Assembly (NCBI GenBank): GCA_024704765.1
Contig: JAKMXF010000003.1
Coordinates: 62,001 to 126,000, forward strand
DNA from: Oopsacas minuta
Lineage: Eukaryota; Animalia; Porifera
DNA length: 64,000 bases
Direction: 5' to 3'
Shown here piece by piece: positions 34,555 through 46,500 of this stretch (position 1 is the stretch's first letter; the number at the start of each line of letters is the position of its first letter). The translations under genes were made by a program, and so were the position numbers. The notes under the pieces were generated by a model. The model saw nothing but the letters and a program-made list of their open reading frames with translations. It had not been told where the DNA came from and did no database searches.

Positions 34555-37500
34555 GACACACCATATATCAGCCTTTTCATTATACTCTTCTTCTCGTATA
34601 ACCTCAGGAGCCATCCAATATACAGTTCCTTTCATAGATTTGCATAACATTGTGAACTTATCGTAGGTAAGCTAGAAGTATAATTATTGAATAATAAGCG
34701 AATAATTATGGCTGCTATATGTGTCTTACCGTAGCCGATTCATCTCTGAAAGCTCTTGCACACCCAAAGTCTATCAGTTTTATGCATCCACTCGGCTCTA
34801 CCATTATGTTATCTCCCTTCACGTCTCTAACATATACGAATAGTTAATTAGTGTCCATCGTATAGGGGAGGGGGAGCATTTCTAGCGTCCGTTGGTGTTC
34901 GTATTAAAGATATTCTGGTATACATATGTACTTACCTGTGTATTACATTCTTTGAATGTAAATACTTAACTCCACTGACAATCTGACGAGTGTAATTCCT
35001 TAGAAAAGATTCTTCAAATGGTCCGTATCTAATTACAGAATTAATTCAATTATCTATAAACTATTCTATTTTTAGAACAGTAGACTCAGATTAATTAGGG
35101 TCATATCTGGATCAGACCATTTTGACCTGATTAACCGGTGTCTACTGTAGTAGATGAATAGATAATTGTATTTCTGATTTTCTTACGTTTTCAGCAGTCG
35201 AGCTACAGATCCTCCAGCTACGAACTCCATGAATATATTCACTATCATGTTGTCAAGACACGAGCCGAGATATTTGACTATATTTCCATGAGAAAGTCTC
35301 TTAAGAACATCCACTTCTGCTTTGACGAGTTCGTATTGCTAAAAATAGAAATATTGCATACAACAATTCCCTAAAGATTATTGCATCTATTATGATTAAT
35401 CATATTTTGACACCTTTGATAATGTCCTATGAAATTGTATGAACTCAATATTTCCTATTTTTCACGCATAAATATCAAGGAAGAATCTACAAGAAATGAT
35501 TAGAATCATAAATTGGAACTGATAGCTAATACGGCATAGCAACTAATTCTATACAAGGAATGTGGCTAGTTATAACTGGAACTAATTTACATATTGAAAG
35601 TCATCTGACCTAACACATCCGTAATTCTGTGAGACAATAGTCTCGTGGTAGAGTTCAAGGAAATGTGATTAGTTGTAACTTTCTATTTCATCACTTAACA
35701 CCTGAATAATGAATGTATGAATTTGTATAAATACAGTCTGTAAATGAGAATAATCATAAACAGAACAACAAACAAATGGCCACCCAATACTCAGATGAAA
35801 TTCCTACCAACCCTTTCGAACTAACGGAACAGATGATCCATTCCACCTTCGAGAAGATTATTCGGATTGCGACAGAAAGGAGAGATCAGCTGCTTGTCCA
35901 TCTGTTCGATATGAAGCAGGACTATCTAAGAAAGGAGAACACAAGAAAGAAACAATTAGCAGACCTGGAGAAGATGATCCAACAATTCAATGAGACTTCT
36001 ATTCAAGAGAATGAAATAGTGAAGTTTCAAGAAGAACAGATGTTGCAAACAAGAGCTAAAATACAGAAATACGAAAAAGAAACGCCTGTCCCATTTCCTT
36101 CCTTCAATAGTGAGGGTGTAGACTCTCTCCTAGAACAGCTGGAGAAGTTGGGGTCTATTCAGGAGATAGCTGGACTATACAGAAACAAGACAGAGCCAAT
36201 GAGAAGGATAGGAAAACCTGGAAGAGAGAAAGGGGAGCTGAATTACCCTTATGGACTAGCTCTAGATGGAGATAAGATCTATATAGCAGATACAGGCAAT
36301 AATAGAATACAGATCTTCTCTACAGAAGGTAAGTTCATTCAAGAATTTGGTAAAGAGCAGCTAAATACCCCACACGGTATAGCATTATATAAGGAATGGA
36401 TGTTTATAAGTGATGGGGAACTTAATGCTGTATTAAAATTCTCTAAAACAAATTACAAATTAATTAAGAGTGTTAAGGAAGGTGTTAGTTTCCCTCATGG
36501 TCTAACAACTGACACGAATGGAGAAGTGTTAGTTGCAGATTCTAATAATAATAGAATTGCAGTATTCAGCTCTGATTTAGAATATATTAGAGAAATAGGA
36601 AAAGACAAACTTAGATTTCCGCGTGACGTCAAAATAAATAATAATAATATATTTGTATTAGACAATAATGAGATTAATAATATACACATATTCTCTAAAT
36701 CAGGTGATTTATTGAAAAGTTTCTTAGAATTAGAGGATGGAAGAGGTTTAATTTATATGTGTTTAGATTTGTGTAATAATATTATAATTAGCGATTGTTC
36801 GGGAAATTCAATTAATATATTTACTAAAGATGGACAGCTGATACACAAAATTATATGTAATATACCCACAGGAATTATTATTAATAATAACTTTGATATT
36901 ATTTGTGCTAATTGTAGTGATAATGTAATAAATATATATTAATTATATTGTTGTTATTTACATATTTGTTTGTAATTAAATTCTCATATTTCTCTTTTTA
37001 TATTAATAATTTTGGTACAACGAATCTAGACTTAAATAATATTTCCCAAAATTACAAATTGACTGACAGATGAAATAACTATTGTGTATTTTGGTAGTTA
37101 GCTAACTGATCATGACATAACATTTCAAGGACCAAATCAACGGTCCTAATCTGGGGGCTATCGACCCCTTGGTGGTCCACGGGTAACAAACAATAATATA
37201 TCTAATATCAATACTCAATTTCCATGTATGGTTATACTCGTATATCTCTGTTTTATACAACCAACCTTCATTGCTTTCTCTTTATCATAATAGTTAAGTT
37301 CAATCTGCTTCACTGCTATTATCATTCCTTTATCAAGAGTTAATCCTCTCACAACCTAATCAACATATTATCATAAAGGTTCTGTAAATATTTTACCCCT
37401 TATGCTGTGATCTCGACTAAGCAGAGATATTAATAATATCGCTAGACTTATTGCCGGTTATAAGAACACCCTTGGGAGTAGCAATGGATGGTCTATGAGT

Positions 37501-40500
37501 TGTCAGAAAATATACAGAAATATATTAGGACAATTTTCCAGAGTTCGTATATCTAGCATGTTCTTATAACCGGCATTGAATGTACCAGATTACTAACTAC
37601 AGTGTAACCTCCATTACACTGTAGTTAGTAATCTGTCTCCATAAATGTGGTAACAGAGATGCCGAAAAATGCTTCCCCTTTTGTGGAGGTTCATTTGTAT
37701 AGGACTAGGAGTTTGTTGATATATTTTCAGAAGTTCCCGTTTCCACAGGTCCCACACTGTCTAATAAAGTTACTAACAGTTCCATATGCTCCAATGCCTA
37801 ATACAGCTCCTCTCTTCCATCTAATAACTTCAGTTGTATCTTCATCACTATCATAATCTGATTCCTTGTCACACTCCGCGTGTTCTGAGAGTACACGAGA
37901 GGATTTGGAAGGTAGAGAGGGAGAGAGACAAGATTTTTGAGGAGTTAATCTGCTTCTTGTTTTACCAAGGATTGATACTATTTCCTACAAGATTAAATAA
38001 TAATTTGACGTGTATGCCTTGAAAATTGTCCCGCCTGTAGTCTTACAAACCACCGGCAAGACGAAGCCCGAATTCTCCAGTTTCTAATGCATTTACAACA
38101 CTTTGAGAATTTCTAATTGAATTAGTGTGTACAAATCATTCAATATTGTCAGCGGCGAACCTTACCTCGCTGTTAACAGCTTCCTTCTCAATCTCCGGGA
38201 TAGATGGACAGAGAGGAACTTCATCTTCTATCATAGATACTCTACTCTTATGATTACATTCCTCTAGCGTTATCGGTTGTTGTGCTATACCCTTGAGAGA
38301 GATAGAAGGGAGAGATCTACGTGTTGATAGATCCTGTGTGGGAGATACTTGTCCCATTTCCACTGATGCCAGGAGTGGTTTCTGTATAATCTACAATTAA
38401 AATTCGTTAGGTAACATTGTCTTTGCAGAGATATAAATTGAATAAACGTAGACTGACTGAGTAATTATTTCTGATTGGAGTTCTTGTTAGTATAGAATTA
38501 ACTGGGGAAGACATATGTCTAATTTTAGGAGAGTTTACAAGTTCATCTTCTCTGAGGATACCCTTCCTAGCGGATAGAGGAGAGCTAGGGACACCGGCTG
38601 AGGGAGAGGGAGGTCTGTAAGTGAGCGGGCTGCAGGGGCAGAATATCGCATCTTCTAATCCGAGGTCTGAACCCGGATTGGATTTAAAATTTATTGAAGT
38701 TAAACTTTTTGAGAGAGTAAGACAGTCAGATGACTTAGACCTATACAAAAAGGGATACAGTCATGACGGGATAATATGAACATAGCAGTAGCCCAAAAAT
38801 CATTCCCATAAGAATAATCTACTGCACTGACCTTGATCTTAAAGAGGAATGCTTTTCTGGGTTAGATATGGATCTCCCAGGGCTAATTGAAGGGAGAAAT
38901 GGATTCTCAGTTTCTGGGAGAGAATTCTTCCTCAGAGAGGAGGACAGACTGACAGAGGGCTCTATGAACGAGCTAGGACGTGAACGGATAAGTTGAGGTG
39001 ACTGTGATACCCGAGGGAGTGAGAAGTGAGAGGGGACAGGGGTACTAGGTCTGTCTGGTACTGGTGACTGTGGAGTTGGGGTTTGTGTACTCTCAAATTG
39101 TTCAGGAGGGTTAATAACAACCTCTTCAGATACTGAACTAAACAGATAATCAAGATTAATACAGAGCATGCTGGTTATGAGAACATGTACTGTTCTTGTG
39201 ACCAGCAGCTAGCATACTTCTAATAATCACTTACCTCTCTTCCTTAACTCCCTCTTCAATTTCTACATTCGCGCTCTCCTGTTGTGTAGTATTAAATCTC
39301 TGTAATTCTAGAACTGTTAATGCTTGTGCTGGAGTCTTAAGGTCGTAAACAACTGAATCACTTTGTGTTTGTTTACGTGTTTGTACTTGTAGGTTTAGAT
39401 CTGGTTGTGGTGGTCTGAATGAGGGAAAATTGGAATTGTTAGTGTTGTATGTTTGTTTGTTCATGAACTTACTTAGAAAACTTCTGAGCAACAACAGCTA
39501 GGCTAATTGGTTGCACAATATTACTAGTGTCAACAGGCCTCTGTTTATTAGACACAGTACATTGTCCTGTAGGTTTATATACCGTATTCTCATTCACAGC
39601 TCTCCGCTTCTCTGGGACTTGATTAATGTCGAGCAAGAAGAATCTATGAATGCATAACATTTGTTCCTGTAAGTTATGCAGGAATATTATCGGATATAAA
39701 TAGGATAGTTTATTACTTGAGAGGATTATTTTCCTTGTTCTGTCCGAGTACAACTGTTCCTCCGATTCCTAAGCCTTTAATACCTCCTATATTAACTAAC
39801 ACTGGTTTAGCTGGTTCTGTTACATTGCTAGCATCAGAGTCTACAACATTATTAATATTTAGAATATTCTAGAATTCGTTGCATAAAATTCATACACTCA
39901 AACATGATTAACGGACACTTTTTGCCAGTCCCTTCGGTGTGAATTTTTAATCATATTAAAATAGATATTTGCATAGAAAACTGACGTTTTCAAGAAGGTA
40001 TAATTCTCCAAATAGGTGACAAAATGTGCATATACCCAATGGTTCCTTTCAAATATTTCGACCTCATTTTCAAAGTTTAAAATATAATAAACCTTCGTGT
40101 ATTTGAGTTAAGAGGTTAATATCACTCTTTGCATTAGTTTTCATATTTCTTATTGGAGTTTTGTGTAGTCTATCGAATACAGACGATTTGGTCTCTCTAA
40201 TATTCTTCAAATTGGCGCCTTTATTTTTCACACCTATTCTAGCTGTATGCGGGGAGGTGTCAGCTTGTTTTAATATTTGTTTATTTGTGTCATTTTGTTT
40301 GGCAGGAAATTCAGTTAGATTAGGATTAGACTGTGAGGTGTTAGCTGTATCCTGTTGTGTTGTAGGTGCTTGTACGCGTTTTGATTGGTTGATAGTGCCT
40401 GTGTTGTCTAATACTTTAGCTGTTGTGATTGTTTGTTGATCTTTTGAGACCCTAAAAATGAAGAAATTTGAAATACAGAAGAGTCCGCTTTTCACAGTGG

Positions 40501-43500
40501 GTGAAAAATAAATAGAGTGAGTTTCGGCGTCCCTGATACCACGTTTGTGGAGGATATACTGGTAATATTATACCTGGGATGTTTAGGCATTGAAAGAGCC
40601 TTTAGTTTATCTTCACTCGGCGGCTTCAAAACTTTCCCTAAACACAAACAAACAAACAATAATAAATGTATATAATAAACAAAATATGAGAATGTATTTA
40701 CGTTTTGTATATCTTCTGGGTTTCTTCTTGCTAGATAAGTTTTCACCTTGACTATTCTGAATATTTCTCTGTAATTATATCATATAGAAATAACAGTGGA
40801 GTAGTCATATTTTGCGCGAATTTCCCTTACTATTCGAGAAAGTATTTCAAATACGAATAGACTCTTAAGTCCTTATAAATACTTGCTATTAAGTGAGTAT
40901 TGCAAATAGATCGACTGGAGGTAGAGTCAAGTAATTACAGCTTATACCCTCGGGAAAAGAATTTACCTGTGAATCAAGAATAGTTTGAGAAGTTTGAGAA
41001 AGGATACTCGCATCCAAAGCTAAAATTATTTAAATTATCAAACAAACAATCCATATACCATCGATTCGACCCCTCGGTAGTCCACAGAGGACAGCAGGGG
41101 TCCACAGAAATTAGAACCGTTGGCTTAAGTGTCTTACCTGATAATCGAACTGCCTTGCTTGCCAACAGCTGACTCGGTAATCCTCCCAGCTGATCCAAAG
41201 CTTCCCCATCATCTATATACACATCTCCTTCATCATCTGATTTCACACCTCTGTCTGACACCAAATTAACACCCAAATAACCAGGATTCTGGTTGATTCT
41301 TGTATCAGATGGAAGAGGTATTCTAACACCTAGCTCATTGATGTAATGTCTATTCAGATCTAAATATGGTATACATGAATATTTATTCGTATTTTATAGT
41401 GATAGAAATTGACACTTCTCAATAATAACCCCCGGGGCGTGTCAGAGGGCAAATCCCCATACCAGAGGCAAATTTCCTAACCAAATTGAAGCCAAACTGG
41501 AGGAGGTGAGACAATCAACTCCCGTTAGATCGAAGCTCAAGGAACAGCTATAATTACTTCGAGATAACCAATGGAATATATGTTAGCTTGACTGTTTGGG
41601 ACCATATTTGTACAATTCCACACTCCGATACAACTGGAGTTAACTTTACATATACTAACCCTGAGATCTGTCAGTCCCAATACGAACCCCCCTATGGTGT
41701 GTAGGAGGAGTAAGAGGACCCTCTCTCTGATAAGGGTACATATAATCATGTGTCCCATTCGGTTCTCCTGTCTGTTCTAATAAACAGCTGTTTGTTAGAG
41801 TTATTTCAGAATCTGTTCTCTCCACCTGGGTAGCTTCAGTCCAGGCTTCTTTTAATTTTCTCTTCATTCCATCTGTACTAGCCAGTTGATAAGCAGAATC
41901 TCCTGTTATATAGGTTAAAGTAAGCTAAGCATTTACAATAGAATCTGGTTAATACGAACAACAACGGAAGGTCACTCACCTTTATCATCTACAATACGAA
42001 TATCAGCTCCACTGCCTAGGAGAAAGCCTGCTAGCTCAACAGTTCCTTTCTTAGCCTGTTTGGGAACAGAATTAAATCAAATAAATTGCAACAAACTTTC
42101 AATCAGACAAAAGTTTGATAATTATTTCATTTCCCAAAAGCCAATTTGACATAATTTCTATTAATTATATTTTCACACTTAATATATGAAATGGCTCTTC
42201 CTTGGCTAAACCTATTTGGCCTACCGATAGACTCAGCCCTGACGACTTGCACTTGTACATAGAGGCCACTTTGGCTCCTTTGGACCTAAACTAACAGTTC
42301 CCATTTTGCTATGTACCAATTAACTGCAAACTGTGAACCAATGAAAAACCACCTTCCAACCCAACAACCAATAGGATTCTCAGCTACAAATAGGCCGATG
42401 TGTGAGTATAAATAGGAAAACAAACAATTTGTTGTAATTTTTAAATGTCACAAATAAACTCGCCCCAGACAACAACAGCAACCCCCAAGGATGTAATAGT
42501 TATGAAGGAAGTTAAACCGATTACATTCTTCGGGTATATTCTAGAAAAGACAATTGGAGCGGGGGCTTATGCTAAAGTGAAAGAAGGCCGATCAATTAAG
42601 GAAGATATGAGTGTAGCTGTCAAAATAATAAACAGAGAGAAGGCCGGAGAAGATGTGATTGAAAAGTTCACGAAAAGGGAAATTGAGATTATGCGATCAC
42701 TCGACCATCCTAATGTCGTCACTACATATGAAGTAGTAATGAATGAGAAATTCATATTTATAGTCATGGACCTTGCTGAGTGTGGAGATCTGTTAGATTT
42801 CGTGATTGCAAGACAATACCTCAATGAAGAAATGGCACAACACTTTTTTAACGATCTCATATCCGGCATGCAGTATATACACACTAATGGATTCGCTCAT
42901 CGTGACTTAAAATGTGAAAACCTGTTAATCCATAAGAACTTCAATCTAAAGATCTCAGATTTCGGATTTTCAACACAAATCAGTCATAAACGCTGTGACA
43001 CATACTGTGGATCTCTAGCATACGCAGCGCCAGAGGTGATTGACGGAAAACCTTATATTGCTACGTTTTCAGATATTTGGAGTATGGGAGTTGTATTATA
43101 CGCTATGGTTATAGGAAAACTGCCATTCACTGAGAACGAATTGACCGCGAAACAAGGGCCAGAACGAATCCTAAACCTGAACTTTCCACATATGATATCA
43201 GATGAATGTGTTAGCATATTACATTCGATCCTTGATAGCTGTCCAGCTCAGAGAATCCAATTGAATAAAATGCAGGAACATAAATGGATGATTAGAAAGA
43301 AATCTAGCAATGCAATCAAGGAGGAATTGAGATATGAATCAGAGGAATCGAATTCTAACACTTCTGAAAGTTATCAAACTGCTATTAACTCACAACCAAG
43401 CTCAAAGTGTAGAATCAAAACAAACGGAGAAGTGCCTGATATCAAATCGGTGCCAAAACAACAGGATAAAGGGAGGAACAGTCGTACCAACACCCCCGAG

Positions 43501-46500
43501 CCAAGGTCCGGGAAGAACCAAGAAATTAAAAGGAGGCAGTCCAAACAAAGAGATTCTCCTATTAAAAAGAAGGGAGAAATCGAAAATGGAAAAATAAAAC
43601 TCACAGATAAAATGCTTGAAAATTTGAACAAACTCAAACAACGGAACAGATCGGTTTAGTCAATAAAACTCAATTGATATTTTTATCAAATAAATACTTA
43701 CAGAAATATGTAGCGGAGTATATCCCCTTTCTCCTACTGCATTAGGATTAGCTCCGTGTCTTATGAGATTAGCTACGATCTCTCTGTCTCCTGATTGTGT
43801 AGCGTAGTGTAATGGAGTATTAGCTCGTGAATCTTTCAATTCTATAGGAAATATTTACAACAGGTGATAAAGTGTTTTGAATGTAAATAAACAAATCGAA
43901 TTTTTTATAAGGACCATCAGTATTGCATCACCTTTTAGGCAAGCGGTTCATGGACCCCTGGGTGATTCACGGGAGACACAGGATCTCTTAAAATTTGCAT
44001 AAGGGAGGCCCCACAGATGAAAAAGGTTGTGAACTCTTGCTTTAAACAAATAATATTAACGCAAAAAGAATAAGGGAATTCATTAAAATGAGCTAACACA
44101 TTCACGACGAATTGCCGCCAATAAAGACGTCGTAAAAATCTACAAACTATTTTGTAATTAATATCAGCTGATTATATGGTCACATTAAATCATCACAGCA
44201 CATTACTTATTAACTCTCCAACCAATAAAGCATGCACTAATCACGTAGCCAGCATAACGTGTGTGGGAGTAGATACACTATCATACAGAATACTGACAAA
44301 TTCATATTACCCTTTGTGGCACAACTAATTGCAGTCAATACGCAGTATAGGTATAGCTGTTTGTTTATATATATATAACAGTAAAGTGTATCATATTGTA
44401 AATGACGAATGAAAATGTTTGTTCAATATGTTTGTGTGAAATAAATATTGTAAACAAAGGTGTGATCGATTGTGTACACAAATTTTGTTTTGACTGCATC
44501 AAGAAATGGCGAGGAAACAAACAAATACAAAACTGTCCTATTTGCAAATACCCATTCAGTAGCATACTACAGCTAGACGTAAATAACAACAGAGTTAAAG
44601 TAGATCACCCACGTATATACCAAAATGACGATACACTATTGAGGGCAAGTTATAGGAGAAGGCAAAATGAAGTGTTATACAGAGATAGCAGTATAGCAGA
44701 TGAACACAGTTTAAGCAAGGTGTTAGTATTGTTGATAGAATGCTGTACATTGGGTTGTTTCATATTGTTTATTACTGTTGTTAAGAGGATTGTCTTCCGT
44801 AATTGAGTGTGTAAAAATGAAACTTCAAACATAAGTTCTGTTAATATGGGCTATAAATAGATTTCATAGGAACCATGGGGGTTCTCAGTGTCCCCAACAT
44901 CTTCGAGCCTACTTGTGGACCCCTCCCTTGACCGCAATATGTCCAGTGGGGCCATTGACCCAACCACAAGGCGTTGCCCAAGAAGGAATGTATATCATTG
45001 TCTACAACAACACACTGAGCAATGAGTAATTATCGAATTTAGGTTTATGATATTAGAACTTCTAATTGTAATGATTATCCTGCATTTTCTAAGAATATAC
45101 ACATATTAATACAAACGTAATATTTATGACAGAATTATTTGAAAATTCTGAGAAACACACAGCTAATTAGAGTAACTCTGGTTTGTATAAATTGAGGAAC
45201 AAACGGCAATGCAATAGGTAGATTTATTAATCTCATTAGTTCCCAACCTGGCCTCTACGGACGATAGCAGGGTTAGCCACAAATCTATTGCAGTCTATGG
45301 GAGAGGGTCCATAGAATGTGTTAACATTGGTATACGGGTTGAATATGATAACATTATCATTACAGCTTGTGTCAGTTTAATAGTGTATACTTAATTAAAT
45401 TAGCTAATAATGGCAGATTATGGGACACAAAAGATGTTTGGACACTTCAAGTGTAAGTGCAGAAAAACTTGGAAAAGCGGGCATGCTTTTAACGGAATAA
45501 AACAGGACTGTACCAGATGTGGATTCGGTGTAATCCCCTATCAACTAGACCCTCTACAACATAATGTAACTGGAGAAAACAAGGGGCCGCATAAGACAGA
45601 ACTCTGCGGTATGTGTAAGAGGTTAGGGACAGATTGCAGTCATTCATACTGAGACTGAGAGATGTGTAAATAGAATTTGTAGCTTAGCTGTGTGTCCCTC
45701 TTAAAGGAAATTGGTTGTATCCAACTTTGTTGTGTACATTATTTTTGCATTATGCTCTAGGTGTGTGTATAATTGAGTATCATAGAATGTTTGTTTGTTT
45801 GTTTGTTTGTTTGTTAGTCTATCAATAAAATTGTTCATACAAAACAATCAACTTCCGTTTTATCAAAGCTCAAGGGACCCCGATAATCACTTCGATACAA
45901 CCGGTGAATTTTACATTACTTCACGGGTCGTGACAAAATTTGTACAATTAAAACTTTGAGATAAGAAGGCATTTCTGTAAAACAGGAGTTAACTGTATCA
46001 AAATTATAAAGAGAGTATTCAAAAATACGTAAGCCAAACTAGAAGCTATATACATGTAGAAGTTATTTATAAATATTCATTGAGGAAAATTGTCGTATCG
46101 CAGTCTCTCACAGACCAGAAAACACAAAAGCAAAATAATAGGCACTCAATTAGTATAAATACAAATACAATGAATTTGTAAATAGGGATAGGGCGATCCT
46201 TCAATTCTAACAATTTCCAAAATATGAAGATTTTAACACCCTCCCAGATGACTTTCACGCCCCAAATATGCTGAGAATTACGAGAAATGACACCAGAATT
46301 TAACACCAGGAAGAAAAGACAAAATTCCTATTGACTAAACCGTATCCAGGGTTCAAGAACACAAGTAAATGTCTGACTTACAAAAAGACGTAATATCCAG
46401 CAAAAATACCACCACACCTAACTTTCAATCAGTTCCTATTTCCAACAAGAGATCGCATCCCTAGATGTCAGACAAGCCACGTAATTGTCCCTTTTGAGTT

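Noticed and set aside
8480-36689. Recurring minus-strand ORFs inside NHL genes ([17 protein letters not shown]...)
   Set aside because: Antisense shadows of the NHL codon pattern; their lengths vary between copies and they have no domain.
7764-36942. Diversity-generating retroelement (NNY codon variation reminiscent of adenine-specific mutagenesis)
   Set aside because: No reverse transcriptase, accessory gene or invariant template repeat in the window. Variation is spread over all six blades of full gene copies, includes third-position changes and indels, and the context is eukaryotic. Positive selection plus conversion is sufficient.
7764-36942. Retrocopy origin of the intronless NHL genes
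   Set aside because: Copies share hundreds of bases of upstream and downstream genomic flank and have no poly(A) tails or TSDs.
7140-36995. Array as an assembly artefact of collapsed or duplicated haplotypes
   Set aside because: Copies differ at many loop codons, have different flanks and breakpoints, and one carries a transposon with a TSD whose empty site is in other copies. Only the N at 9627 and the copy B frameshift remain suspect.
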